A stretch of DNA of 64,000 nucleotides, taken from an uncultured Acidobacteriota bacterium. GTDB lineage: Bacteria > Acidobacteriota > UBA6911 > RPQK01 > JAPXNP01. The stretch lies in the NCBI GenBank assembly GCA_963777605.1, contig CAVZRV010000007.1, positions 512,001 through 576,000 on the forward strand, read 5' to 3'. Of this stretch, positions 10,409-21,914 are shown in pieces. Position 1 is the first letter of the stretch; each line of letters begins with the position of its first letter. The position numbers were made by a program, and so were the translations under genes. The notes under the pieces were generated by a model that searched no databases, was not told where the DNA came from, and worked only from the letters and a program-made list of their open reading frames with translations.

Positions 10409-11154
10409 AGCCACGTCACTCCCTGCTGCTCATCCTGCTCTTCTGCTTGACCGCCGCTCCCCTATCGGGAGTGGACGCCACCGATCGACGTACCCAGATC
10501 GACGAAAACGTCTTCAACTTCGTCCGGATCCGCTACAACGGCTTCGGTGGTGTGGGCTTGTGGAACGCGGGGAACTGGACGCCGCCCTGGGCCCATGATT
10601 ACCCTCGGGCGGAGCGAAATTTCCTCAACATCCTGGCCGAAATGACCACCGTCGAAACAACTCCCGAGTCGTTTCTCATTCTCGACCTGGACGATCCCGA
10701 CATCATGAAGTTCCCGGTCCTGTACGTTAGCGAACCAGGTTACTGGAACTGCACCGACGCCGAAGTCAAGAATTTGAGAGAGTACTTGCAGCGGGGCGGC
10801 TTTGTCATCTTTGACGACTTTCGCGATGCTCCGGGTGAGTGGGACAGCTTTTCCACCTGCATGCAGCGGGTCTTCCCGGAGCGCAAGCTTGAAGTGCTCA
10901 CGCTCGACCACCCGGTGTTCCACTGCTTTTACGACATAGCCAACCTTGACCTGGAATCGCCTTACCCGGTCCCCGGCAAGCCGACTTTTTACGGCATGTC
11001 GGACGAGAACGGGCGGCTTCAGGTCGTCGCCAACTTCAACAACGACATCGGAGATTACTGGGAATGGTCGGATCAGAGTTTCACGCCGATCCAACTGTCG
11101 AATGAAGCATACAAGTTTGGAATCAACTACGTCCTCTATGCACTGACCCATTAG
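10405..11154 (+). CDS. DUF4159 domain protein
   Basis: Signal peptide, FNFVRIRY, WAHDYPRAERNF, LREYLQRGGFVIFDDF, HPVFHCFY, NNDIGDYWE, GINYVLYALTH. Confidence 0.88.
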   Translation: MKPRHSLLLILLFCLTAAPLSGVDATDRRTQIDENVFNFVRIRYNGFGGVGLWNAGNWTPPWAHDYPRAERNFLNILAEMTTVETTPESFLILDLDDPDIMKFPVLYVSEPGYWNCTDAEVKNLREYLQRGGFVIFDDFRDAPGEWDSFSTCMQRVFPERKLEVLTLDHPVFHCFYDIANLDLESPYPVPGKPTFYGMSDENGRLQVVANFNNDIGDYWEWSDQSFTPIQLSNEAYKFGINYVLYALTH

Positions 11155-11188
11155 GGCTGTTCCAAGCGGGCGTGCTCCGGAGAAACCA

Positions 11189-12214
<1,026 letters not shown>

Positions 12215-12235
12215 ATTCCTGATTAAAGAGTTGAT

Positions 12236-13138
12236 ATGCGACCAACAGCCCTCGCCAACCGCTTCATTGATCCGAAGATTCTGGCCAGCAGCAGCAACCT
12301 GCAGCTGATCGCCAAGAGTGTGGTTGAGGGCTTTCTGGCCGGTCTTCACCGCTCGCCCTACCACGGTTTCAGCCTCGAGTTTGCCGAGTACCGTGAATAT
12401 TCACCGGGCGACGACATCCGACGGGTGGACTGGAAGGTTTACGGGCGCAGCGACCGTTTCTACGTCAAGAAATACCAGGGAGACACCAACACCCAGGTGT
12501 ATATCCTGCTCGACTCGAGCCGCAGCATGACGTTTGCGTCCGAGGGTGTCTCCAAGATCGACTACGCTCGATTTCTGGCGGCCTCATTGGCCTACTTCTC
12601 GGTTCGGCAGAGTGATGCCGTCGGACTGCTCACTTTCGACCAGGAAATCCGCAGCTTCACACCGCCGCGCAGCCGGCACGGACACCTGATGAGAATTCTG
12701 CACACCCTGGAGACGATGGAATGCCAGGGGAGGACCCGAATCAGCGGGGTTCTTGCCGAACTCTCCCACCTGATCCGAAAGCGAAGTCTGGTGGTATTGA
12801 TCAGCGATTTCTATGAAGAGGTGGAGACGCTGGCCAAGGCACTTCGGTTCTTCCATCACCGCGGCAACGACGTCATGCTTTTCCACATCTTCGACCCGCT
12901 CGAACTCGATCTGCCCCTCGCCGGGACGTCAACGCTGGAAGATCTCGAAACCGGCCTGCAAATGCCTTTCTCGTCCGAGGATTCCCGGGAAGCCTACCTG
13001 TCGGAGGTCCGAAATCACATCCGTGCTCTCCGCCGGGAGTGCAGCAACACGCAGATCGATTACGAACTGATGAATACCGCTGAGCCACTCGACCAGGCCC
13101 TCTACCGTTACCTTTCGGCGAGGAGCAGGAGGATATAG
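12236..13138 (+). CDS. DUF58 domain protein (VWA-like MoxR partner)
   Basis: GLHRSPYHGFSLEFAEYREYSPGDDIRRVDWK, LDSSRSM, VLISDF. Confidence 0.93.
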   Translation: MRPTALANRFIDPKILASSSNLQLIAKSVVEGFLAGLHRSPYHGFSLEFAEYREYSPGDDIRRVDWKVYGRSDRFYVKKYQGDTNTQVYILLDSSRSMTFASEGVSKIDYARFLAASLAYFSVRQSDAVGLLTFDQEIRSFTPPRSRHGHLMRILHTLETMECQGRTRISGVLAELSHLIRKRSLVVLISDFYEEVETLAKALRFFHHRGNDVMLFHIFDPLELDLPLAGTSTLEDLETGLQMPFSSEDSREAYLSEVRNHIRALRRECSNTQIDYELMNTAEPLDQALYRYLSARSRRI

Positions 13139-15202
13139 ATGCAGTTTCTCAATCCTCTCTTCTGGCTGGCGGCGGTTGCAGTCGGCGTGCCTTTGTTTCT
13201 CCACCTGACGCGGAAGGAGGTCCGTCGCCCGATTCCATTTGCCTCGTTGATGTTCCTGCGCCGGATACCGGTCCAGGAGTTTCGACGTCGCCGAATCCGT
13301 CACTGGCTCCTGCTCGCCCTTCGCTGCCTCATCCTGGTCGCCCTGGTGGCCGCTTTCACCCAACCCGTGATTGATCGGACGTTTCTTGCCGGGGTGCCGG
13401 GTCAGTCCCAGCAGTCGGTGGTCCTGCTGATCGATGATTCGCTGAGCATGTCCCGGCCCGGAGTGACCGAACGGGCACGCACTGCCATCACCGACGAGAT
13501 CGCCCGGCTTCCGGGCGAAAGTGAGGTCGCCCTGGTGCGGTTCGGCAGCCGGGCAGAGATCCTTCAGCCATGGACAAGGAATCTCCAGGAGATCCGAGCC
13601 CAGGTGCCGGTTGCCCTGGAACCATCTTACGATGGAACAACCTTCGCCGCGGGATTGCAGGCCGCTGCCCGCCTCTTCGACGACTCGGTCAACGACCACA
13701 AGCGGATCATCTTCGTGTCCGACCTGCAAGCGACTGGTCTTGACGCCGCCCTGGATGACGTCCAGATCCCACTCGGAGTGTCTGTAGAAATCCGCGATGT
13801 CGGTGAAGACTCCCGCAACCTCTTCGTCGAGGAGGTCCGGCTCGACCGCGACATTTTCTCTCAGGTGTATCCGCACTCCATCGTTGCTCGAGTTTCCTCC
13901 TCGGGAACGGACTCGACAACCGATGCCGAATTGCAGCTGTTTCTGGCCGATCGACTCGTTGAACGAAAGTCATTCTCGGTGGATCCAGGAGGATCGACGA
14001 CGGTCACCTTTTCCCCTTTTGAAGTCCCCGACGGCGTTGCACTTGGCAAGCTCAGTCTCGACGTCGGCGACGATCTTCCAGCAGACAACACCTGGTACTT
14101 CACGATTGAGAAAGCAACTCCCTTCGAGGTCGTGCTTCTCGATGATTCTCGTGAAGCCGACGATTCGCTCTTCTTTCGACAGGCAATGGCATCAGGTGAG
14201 AACCTCCCCTTCCAGGTCAAGCGCGTTCCGGTACTGCCCGACCTCGATCCCGCGAAGATGCCCGTCGTCGTACTCAGCGACCTGCCTTCACTTCCCGACG
14301 CTGCCCGGCTCGAACAATTCGTCTCGGCCGGGGGAGGGCTCATCGTCACCCTCGGGTCCGGCGTTCGGCCCGAAAACTATGCCGCCGCCGCATCCGATCT
14401 CCTGCCGGCGAAGCCGATTACGAAACACTATGGGATTGCGGGTGGAAGCCAGTTCGTGACCCTTGGAACGATCTCCGAACAGAACCCCATTTTCGAAGGT
14501 TTCAAACAGGCCGGGGCATCGGCTCTCTCGTCGGCGCAGTTCTACGGTTACTGGGACGTCGAGGCAAGTCCCGACAGCCAGATCCTCGCCTCGTTTACTT
14601 CCGGAAGCCCGGCGCTGCTGGAGCGCGACATTGGTCGCGGGAAGGTCCTGCTCTTCACATCTTCGCTGAACCGGGTCTGGTCGGACTTCCCTCTGCGCAG
14701 CTCCTACCTCCCCTTCTGGCAGGAAATGGTCCTTTACGGTTCCGGGTGGAGCAATCGTCCGGCCCAGGTCCACGTGGGAGAGGTATTCTCACCCTCGTCG
14801 TGGACCCTGCTCCGCAATGGACAGGAGGAGTCACGCTGGGATATCGTGGACCCAAATGGACGCCGGCTTCGGGCACTGGACACTGACGACTCCGATTTTG
14901 TCCTGCTGAACCTCCCCGGCTACTACCAGCTGCGCCGCGAGAAATCGACCAACTGGATTGCCGTCAACCCGGTCCCGGCGGAATCTCGCCTGAACCGGAT
15001 TGCGGCGGGAGAACTCGAGTCGGCGATCCGGAACGTTCAGGCAAGTCGCAATCGGGGATCAGTGGCCGATCGTGGTACGGCACCCGACCAGTATCCGGTC
15101 TGGTGGATTTTTCTCGTTCTGGCAATCCTGCTGGCGCTGGCGGAGGCTCACGTCGCGAATCGGGCGGGCGGCCTGATGACCGAGGGGCGGGGTTCGATTT
15201 AG
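13139..15202 (+). CDS. BatA-type N-terminal TM + VWA domain protein
   Basis: MQFLNPLFW..PLFLHL..FASLMFL..LLLALRCL BatA motif; MIDAS DDSLSM, FVSDLQ; C-terminal TM. Confidence 0.88.
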   Translation: MQFLNPLFWLAAVAVGVPLFLHLTRKEVRRPIPFASLMFLRRIPVQEFRRRRIRHWLLLALRCLILVALVAAFTQPVIDRTFLAGVPGQSQQSVVLLIDDSLSMSRPGVTERARTAITDEIARLPGESEVALVRFGSRAEILQPWTRNLQEIRAQVPVALEPSYDGTTFAAGLQAAARLFDDSVNDHKRIIFVSDLQATGLDAALDDVQIPLGVSVEIRDVGEDSRNLFVEEVRLDRDIFSQVYPHSIVARVSSSGTDSTTDAELQLFLADRLVERKSFSVDPGGSTTVTFSPFEVPDGVALGKLSLDVGDDLPADNTWYFTIEKATPFEVVLLDDSREADDSLFFRQAMASGENLPFQVKRVPVLPDLDPAKMPVVVLSDLPSLPDAARLEQFVSAGGGLIVTLGSGVRPENYAAAASDLLPAKPITKHYGIAGGSQFVTLGTISEQNPIFEGFKQAGASALSSAQFYGYWDVEASPDSQILASFTSGSPALLERDIGRGKVLLFTSSLNRVWSDFPLRSSYLPFWQEMVLYGSGWSNRPAQVHVGEVFSPSSWTLLRNGQEESRWDIVDPNGRRLRALDTDDSDFVLLNLPGYYQLRREKSTNWIAVNPVPAESRLNRIAAGELESAIRNVQASRNRGSVADRGTAPDQYPVWWIFLVLAILLALAEAHVANRAGGLMTEGRGSI

Positions 15203-15218
15203 GTAAGGAGACTGATTT

Positions 15219-18200
15219 ATGGTCCGACTCGACAGATTGCTCAAGAAAGCCCGGCGCACGATCCAGCGCGAGCGGCTGCTCAAAGGGGTGGCAATCCTCC
15301 TGGCCTATGTCCTCCTGGCCGTCGTGGTGTCCACCTGGATTCTCGCCTCAAGCAATTTCTCGTCGACAACGATCTCCTGGTGCCGAATCTGGTTCGGTGC
15401 GGGATTCCTGTTCCTGCTGTGGCGGTACATTCTCGACACGCTCTTGCGACCCCCGACGTCGCTTCGGATTGCCCGCTTCCTCGAAGAGCGCAATCCCCAA
15501 CTCCAGCAGCGGTTGACCACTGCTGTTGAGGTCGGCGAGCAGCCGACGCTGGTTCATCCCGACCTGGCCCGCCTGATTGAGGAAGATGCCTTTCGCCAGC
15601 TATCACGCCGCGAGCAACCAAGCTTCTACTGGCCTCGTTTCTCGATGGCGTCCGCCATCGTTGGACTGCTTTCGGTCCTCCTCACGACCGGACTTCTCTT
15701 CTGGGGCCCGATCGAATTCCGCTATGGGGTCGGCAAGCTGCTCGGCTCCTGGGTTGACGACACCAAAACGCCCCTTTATCAGATCCTGGTTCAGCCCGGC
15801 AATACCAAGGTCCCGGAGCGCTCGGACGTTGAAATCACTGCGGTCCCAAAAGGATTCCAGCCCGTTTCCGTCCAGGTGTTCGCCCTCTATCCGAACACTC
15901 CGAACTGGCAATCGACCCGGATGCTCCCGGCGGTTGACGGCACGGGCTACTCGTTTCTATTTTTCGACGTTCGGGAACCTGTCGAATACTACGTGGACGC
16001 CGATGGTATCCGCTCTGATACCTTCAAGATCGAAGTGGCCGACATCCCCCGCGTCGATCACGTCCGCATTTCGCTCGATTTCCCCAAGTACACGGGCCTT
16101 TCCAGGGTCGTGCTCGATGACGAATTCAGCATCCGGGCCCTGAAGGGCACACAGGCAACGATTCATGTTCACACCGATCAACCGGCCTCTGCGGGTTCCC
16201 TCCGGTTCGAGGAAGGCACCGAGGAGATTGCCCTCGAGAAACAGGGGCCCAATGATTTTGAAGCCTCCTTTCCGATCGATCACGACGACTACTTCCGCAT
16301 CTATCTGGAAAGCGGTGAAGGCATCGTGAACCCGGCATCGGACGAATTCAGCGTGGAAGCGATCGAAGATCAGCCCCCGGTGATTTCGTTCAACTACCCG
16401 GGACGGGATCGGCCGGTGACCAATATCGAGGAGGTCTATTCCGAGGTCAAGGCGGAGGACGACTTCGGGTTAAAGTCGGTGACCCTGAACTTCTCGGTCA
16501 ACGGTGGTGAAGACCAGTCGATCGAAGTCGGATCGCCTCGGGGAAGCAAGGAACTCACCGGATCCCACACCTTCTACCTCGAGGAATTCGGACTGCAGCC
16601 CGGCGATTTCGTCAGCTACTACGCCCGGGCCACCGATGCCGTCTCTTCCTCGACGACCGACATTTTCTTCCTCGAAGTGGAGAACTTCGACCGCGAGTTC
16701 CGGCAGTCCCAGATGAACATGGGAGGGGCCGCCGCCGGACAGAGGGGCCTGGAACTCTCCCGCCAGCAGAAGCAGATCGTGGTCGCCGCCTTCTCTCTGG
16801 TCGAGGACGGTCGCCCCACCAAAGAGGAAATGACCGAAGACAGCCAAACCCTGGCGTTGGTCCAGCAGCGGCTGCAGGCGCAGGCTCAGACCATCGTGGA
16901 CCGCCTCTCGCGGCGCAACGTGGCGGGCGCAGATCCGCGGTTCAAGACCATGAGCGAGTACATGCAGAAAGCGATCGAACACATGGCTCCGTCGCAAGTC
17001 GCGCTCAACGTCGTCGATCCGGAGGGAGCGCTTCCCGAAGCCAAGAAAGCTCTCCAGAACCTGCTGCGGGCAGAGAAGCTCTTTAATGACGTCCAGGTAT
17101 CCATGTCGAACGGCGCCGACAGCGGAGCCTCTCCCGAAGAGCTGGCCGATCTGGTTGACCTCGAACTCGATCGAACCAAGAACCAGTACGAGACCCTGCA
17201 GAAGAACCGCCAGGAGCAGAAAGACCAGCAACTGGACGAGGCTCTCGAGAAACTGAAGGAACTGGCCCGTCGCCAGCAGCAGGAGCTTGAACGGCAGGCC
17301 CGGCAGGCGTCCATGGGCCAGGGTGGAAGCCAGGCCTCGCAGCAGGACCTGATTGAAGAAATGGAACGCCTCTCCCGCGAACTGGCCAAACTCTCCCGGG
17401 ACAAGGCCAACGAGCAACTGTCCCGGATCAGCCGTGAATTGAGCCGGGCGGCACGTGACCTGCGGAACGCCCAGGCGTCAGGCAAGAACTCCAGCGAGTC
17501 CCTGGAGTCGGCACGCCAGGCCCTGGAACGGCTGAAGCAGGCCCAGGACCGCCTCTCGAGTCAGCGAAAGGGCGAGGTTGAGCAGGAAATGGCCGAACTC
17601 GCCAACCGCGCCGATAAGATGGTTCAGGACCAGGAAGAGGTTCTTCGCGACCTGCGCTCCCTCCCCGAGGCTCCCGAGAACCGTGAACCCTCCAGCGAGT
17701 TCTTCGAGGGGGTACGGGACCTCTACTGGAAGAAGCAGGGCCTGCAAAAGGACCTCCAGGAACTGGAAAGCCAGCTCCACCAGACCGCCCGTCGCCTCGA
17801 GGGCGATGAACCCGAGGCGGCCAGGCGGCTGAAGTCTGCCGCGTTGCAGATCCGGGATCAGCGCATTCCCGACAAGATGAGGGAAGGTTCGGAACTTCTC
17901 GCGGGAGGCCTGCTCCCCTTTGCCGAACGGCGCGAAAAGGATGTCTCCGAAGAGCTTCGCCAGCTGGCGGAGAAGGTCCAAGACGCCGGTGAGGGGCTGG
18001 GCGCCTCTCCGCAAGGACAGGAAGACCGCCTTCGCCAGGCCCTCGGTGAGGCCGGAAAGCTGGTGGAAAACCTGGAGTCGATGAAGCAGAAGCTTGAACA
18101 GGCCGCCCGGCAAGAGCAGGGTCAGTCGAGCGATTCCCAGGGACAGGATCAGGAAGGAAAGGCCGACCAGGGAACGCGTCCGGGAACCCGCCAGGGACCG

Positions 18201-18683
18201 GAAGGCAAGCCAGGTGAACAGGCTGAAAATCGTCCTTCCAGGGGCGAATCGCAGGAACAGCAACCCGGGCAGGGTTCCCAGGGAACCGCCCCGCGCAGGA
18301 CCGAGATGGCGGGGGGCTTCTCCTCCCAGGGGATCGACCCGGGAAACATCCGCCGGGAGTGGAATCAGCGTCTCGACGAAGCCAAGCAGGTTCGCCAGTC
18401 CTTGTCCGGAATCAATCCTGAACTGGGTCGGGAAGCTACTCGCCTGCTGCAACAGATGCTCCAGGCCGACCTCGAACGCATCCTGAGCGACCCCGGTGAA
18501 GTTGCCCGGCTCAAGTCATCGGTGATCGACGGCTTCCACGAACTCGAACTCCGGATCAGCCGCAATCTGGCGGATCAGAAAGACGAATTCCTCCGCCCCG
18601 TGAACGAGGACGAGGTCCCTCCAGAGTTCCGCGACCGCGTCGAGGAGTACTATCGCCGCCTCTCCAGCACCCGCCCAGAATAG
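15219..18683 (+). CDS. Large membrane protein with Ig-like domains and long Q/E-rich coiled coil (DUF4175-like)
   Basis: Three N-terminal TMs, LTTAVE, DQPPVI, AEDDFGL, LQPGDFVSYYARATD, C-terminal VPPEFRDRVEEYYRRLS. Confidence 0.8.
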   Translation: MVRLDRLLKKARRTIQRERLLKGVAILLAYVLLAVVVSTWILASSNFSSTTISWCRIWFGAGFLFLLWRYILDTLLRPPTSLRIARFLEERNPQLQQRLTTAVEVGEQPTLVHPDLARLIEEDAFRQLSRREQPSFYWPRFSMASAIVGLLSVLLTTGLLFWGPIEFRYGVGKLLGSWVDDTKTPLYQILVQPGNTKVPERSDVEITAVPKGFQPVSVQVFALYPNTPNWQSTRMLPAVDGTGYSFLFFDVREPVEYYVDADGIRSDTFKIEVADIPRVDHVRISLDFPKYTGLSRVVLDDEFSIRALKGTQATIHVHTDQPASAGSLRFEEGTEEIALEKQGPNDFEASFPIDHDDYFRIYLESGEGIVNPASDEFSVEAIEDQPPVISFNYPGRDRPVTNIEEVYSEVKAEDDFGLKSVTLNFSVNGGEDQSIEVGSPRGSKELTGSHTFYLEEFGLQPGDFVSYYARATDAVSSSTTDIFFLEVENFDREFRQSQMNMGGAAAGQRGLELSRQQKQIVVAAFSLVEDGRPTKEEMTEDSQTLALVQQRLQAQAQTIVDRLSRRNVAGADPRFKTMSEYMQKAIEHMAPSQVALNVVDPEGALPEAKKALQNLLRAEKLFNDVQVSMSNGADSGASPEELADLVDLELDRTKNQYETLQKNRQEQKDQQLDEALEKLKELARRQQQELERQARQASMGQGGSQASQQDLIEEMERLSRELAKLSRDKANEQLSRISRELSRAARDLRNAQASGKNSSESLESARQALERLKQAQDRLSSQRKGEVEQEMAELANRADKMVQDQEEVLRDLRSLPEAPENREPSSEFFEGVRDLYWKKQGLQKDLQELESQLHQTARRLEGDEPEAARRLKSAALQIRDQRIPDKMREGSELLAGGLLPFAERREKDVSEELRQLAEKVQDAGEGLGASPQGQEDRLRQALGEAGKLVENLESMKQKLEQAARQEQGQSSDSQGQDQEGKADQGTRPGTRQGPEGKPGEQAENRPSRGESQEQQPGQGSQGTAPRRTEMAGGFSSQGIDPGNIRREWNQRLDEAKQVRQSLSGINPELGREATRLLQQMLQADLERILSDPGEVARLKSSVIDGFHELELRISRNLADQKDEFLRPVNEDEVPPEFRDRVEEYYRRLSSTRPE

Positions 18684-18753
18684 GCCAAGCTTCCCAGCTT
18701 GTCGCAGGGTAGGACACGATTCCTGCGTGTCGCCGGGGCAATGATTGGGAAAA

Positions 18754-18840
18754 ATGGGACCATGGGACACAGGACCAATGGGACATGGGACCCAGTAATC
18801 CCCAGAAACCAGAAACCAGGAACCAGGAACCAGAACCCCG
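18754..18840 (+). repeat. Short imperfect tandem repeats (ATGGGAC-like and CCAG[A/G]AA units)
   Basis: atgggaccatgggacacaggaccaatgggacatgggac followed by ccagaaaccagaaaccaggaaccaggaaccagaac. Confidence 0.7.
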
Positions 18841-18893
18841 AAGCCCTCCCATCTTGGATGGAACCCAAGAACTGAGTTATACTTTGCTCCCGC

Positions 18894-18979
18894 GCCGGAG
18901 TGGCGGAATTGGCAGACGCACCGGACTCAAAATCCGGCGGGCAGCGATGCTCGTGGGGGTTCAAGTCCCCCCTCCGGCA
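18894..18979 (+). tRNA. tRNA-Leu(CAA)
   Basis: GCCGGAG/CTCCGGC acceptor stem, GGCGGAATTGGCAGACGC D-arm, CCGGA-CTCAAAA-TCCGG anticodon arm, long variable arm, GGTTCAAGTCC; TATACT -10-like box at 18878-18883. Confidence 0.96.
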
Positions 18980-19139
18980 TTACGGCTTCGCCAAAGGTCC
19001 CGGGCTCCAACCGGATCCCAAGTCCCAAATCCGAATCTGTAACTGCAGATGAAAATATCCGCCTGAACTGGGGTCTCGTTCCGAATTCGATATCCTCGAG
19101 AGATGAATCGGTACAGTTGATAGGAGCGAAGAGGAAGTC

Positions 19140-19295
19140 ATGAGGCACGGGTCATCGGCACTCGGTCTTGCGTGTTTCCTGTTGGCTGCAGCCTCCGGAT
19201 GCGCTCTGCTTGAGCTCAGATCAATTGGTAAACTCCCGCATCCCGAAATTGCCAATTCAGGCACGGAAAGATCTGGATCTGATGATTGGATATGA
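19140..19295 (+). CDS. Possible small lipoprotein (51 aa) or gene remnant
   Basis: GAGG SD; MRHGSSALGLACFLLAAASGC has a lipobox-like ASGC. Confidence 0.25.
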   Translation: MRHGSSALGLACFLLAAASGCALLELRSIGKLPHPEIANSGTERSGSDDWI

Positions 19296-19472
19296 GTTGG
19301 TCGACCCTGCAATAGAGAGCTTCCGGGCCAGGGTTGACGTGACGTTCCAATCCATTGAGTTAGGATCTGGTCAACAATTGCATTGACGAAAGTACTCTGG
19401 CTTTCTCGGCGCCAAAGGATTTGGCTGAATTGACGAGTGCCCACGGAATTGAAACTTGGGAGGGCGACCTTG

Positions 19473-19805
19473 ATGAAGTATCACCACCTCGGGATCCCGA
19501 CGACGACAGTACAATCCAGTGAAACCTACCTGGCTGAATTCAAGGTTTACTGTACGGATCATGATTGTAACCCGTTTGGGATCCAATGGATGCGGTTCGA
19601 GGCCGACAGTCCTCTACCCGAGCTCGTGAAGACAGTGCCTCATGTTGCATTCGAAGTAGACGACCTCGCATCGGCATTGGCGGGCCATGAAATCCTCATC
19701 GAGCCCAACAGCCCGTCCGAGGGAGTTCTGGTAGCGTTCATTGTCGAGGACGGGGCGCCGGTCGAATTCCTGCAGTTCCTCGATGATCCCACTTCCCAAG
19801 GTTAG
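19473..19805 (+). CDS. VOC/glyoxalase-like small protein
   Basis: YHHLGIPT, PHVAFEVDDL, VAFIVEDGAPVEFL; GGAGG upstream. Confidence 0.8.
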   Translation: MKYHHLGIPTTTVQSSETYLAEFKVYCTDHDCNPFGIQWMRFEADSPLPELVKTVPHVAFEVDDLASALAGHEILIEPNSPSEGVLVAFIVEDGAPVEFLQFLDDPTSQG

Positions 19806-20067
19806 GGCACGAGGGCACGATTTACCTGTACCCATCCCAGAGACTGATTTCCAGGATTCATGCCGCTTTCAGGGTTCCGACCCCCTGTTCGAATTATGGA
19901 TGCAGAAAACTTGGACGGACCCCCGGTCCGGGTTTACAGGCCTGTACACTTTTGATCCCCCTACCCCCGGCCGAACCCGCCGTCTTCGAGGTCGGTCTTG
20001 CGGGAATGGCAGCTGCGACACAGGGGCTGCCAGTCTGGTAAAAACAGCTGGGGCAACCCGGCCAGGC

Positions 20068-20532
20068 TCAGGGTTTCGGTGATCGGGTCGGCATCGCGCT
20101 GACTCTGCGTCCTCTGCGGCTCAGCGGTTCAAGAGCTTTCACCGCAAGAGGCGCAAAGGGCGCCGAGGTCACGCAAAGGGACCCTGCGCGGTAACCTCGT
20201 CTTTGAAGCCACTCTTCCTTGGACTTGCGGCACTCGAATTCGGCCTCGGTGATGACATGAGCGGGGCGGGGAGCCCGGGTCCGGATCCAGGGCCGGTTCC
20301 CCCAGCCGCCGTAACTCTTTTTCCGCGGAGCGCCGTAGATCCGGACGCCGGTCAAATACTGCCGCTCCTCGGCAAAGACCGGCGTGTGAATGACCCGCAG
20401 AGTCAATGGATCGCGACTGACCAGGTCCACCTCGCCGTTGACAATCATCCGCAGGGCTTCCTTCTGACGCACGTGCTTCGTGCGCCCGGTCGGCAGGATC
20501 ACGGGAATCATTTCGCTTCGATCGGCAGACAT
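20068..20532 (-). CDS. Hypothetical protein (possibly phage-derived)
   Basis: ORF MSADRSEMIPVILPTGRTKHVRQKEALRM...; 3' end runs through a palindromic repeat; no recognised motif. Confidence 0.4.
   Translation of the reverse strand: MSADRSEMIPVILPTGRTKHVRQKEALRMIVNGEVDLVSRDPLTLRVIHTPVFAEERQYLTGVRIYGAPRKKSYGGWGNRPWIRTRAPRPAHVITEAEFECRKSKEEWLQRRGYRAGSLCVTSAPFAPLAVKALEPLSRRGRRVSAMPTRSPKP
20103..20180. repeat. REP-like imperfect inverted repeat
   Basis: ctctgcgtcctctgcgg...ccgcaagaggcgcaaag arms, followed by a further acgcaaag unit. Confidence 0.45.
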
Positions 20533-20710
20533 GGCTTCGCCCGTCACCCGCCTCAGGGGGACGTTGGCCTCTGTTAGTCTCCACATACAGGGCCGACAAT
20601 CTGAGGAGGATCCTGCGCCAGGACAGGAATATCTCGCACATTCGTAAACCCGCGCGTATTATCTACATGGAACATCCCTCACAGGAAGGTACTGTGAGCC
20701 AAGGAGGGAC

Positions 20711-21770
20711 TTGGCGATGAGGGCCGCGCAGGAGGCCGGGGGAGACCTCGGTGGTGAGTTTACGGGCAGGCACTTTTCTGCCGAGTCTGGCGGTGAAGCG
20801 AAGTCCAACTACCGGCCGAGACTGCTCACCCGCATGCGGGAGGCTCTGCGCTCGCGCCACTACAGCCGCCGCACCGAGCAAACCTACTGCAGCTGGGTCA
20901 AGCGGTTCATCTTCTTCCACAACGTGCGCCACCCGGCAGAAATGGGCGAGCCGGAAATCAACGCTTTCCTGACGTATCTTGCCGTGAAAGGGAAGGTCAG
21001 TGCCTCCACCCAGAACCAGGCGCTTTCGGCGCTGCTGTTTCTCTACCGTCATGTAGATCGGTCGCGAAGTCGGCGATCTGGGCGAACTCATTCGTGCCCG
21101 CAAGCCCAAACGCCTGCCGGTCGTCCTGACACGCGAAGAAGTTAAAGCCGTGCTGGCGAGCCTTTCGGGCGACAAATGGCTGATGGCCTCGTTAATGTAC
21201 GGAGCAGGATTACGCCTGATGGAATGTCTACGCCTGCGGGTTCAGGACCTTGACTTCTCCCGCAATGAGATTCTCGTCCGTGACGGAAAGGGAGCCAAAG
21301 ACCGCATCACGATGCTGCCCGAATCATTAAAGCAGCCGCTGAAAGAACACCTGAAGCAGGTCAAGGCGGTTCACGAGCAAGATCTGGCCGCCGGATGGGG
21401 ACGAGTGCAACTGCCGTTGGCTCTCGACCGCAAGTATCCCAACGCCCCGAAGGAATGGTGTTGGCAATGGCTCTTTCCCCAAGAGCACCGTTGGAAGAAC
21501 CCCAGGACCGGCGAAGAAGGGCGGCATCATGTGGACGAATCACTTGTTCAGAGGGCGGTTCGCAGGGCAGTCACAGAGGCAGGACTGGCGAAGCGGGCCA
21601 GTTGCCACACCTTCAGGCATTCCTTTGCCACCCATTTGCTTGAGAGTGGTTACGATATTCGGACAGTCCAAGAGCTTTTGGGCCACGCCGATGTCAAGAC
21701 CACGATGATCTATACGCACGTCCTCAACCGAGGGCCGTCAGGTGTGTGCAGCCCGTTGGACGGGCTCTGA
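20711..21770 (+). CDS. intI: Integron integrase IntI (one +1 frameshift near 21055)
   Basis: [35 protein letters not shown]; removing A21055 joins to [25 protein letters not shown]; [28 protein letters not shown], IntI-specific [51 protein letters not shown]. Confidence 0.93.
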
Positions 21771-21914
21771 AAAGGGATTCTTATGCCGATCCGCATAACA
21801 CCCCGGAATAAATGGCCGGTGAGCGAGAAGTCATTGATCCAAAGGAGTTTTATCTTACTTTCGAAAGGAACGACATAAAGCGTCTTATATGGGCAGAAGC
21901 GCAGTTGCTCGGCA

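Noticed and set aside
18754-18840. Possible CRISPR array
   Set aside because: Units are 7-8 nt with no unique spacers, and there are no cas genes in the window
19801-19807. GTTAGGG as an attC or attI core after the VOC gene
   Set aside because: It overlaps the stop codon, and there is no matching inverse core or hairpin
21040-21070. Programmed ribosomal frameshift in intI
   Set aside because: No slippery heptamer; the same type of insertion recurs in unrelated neighbouring genes
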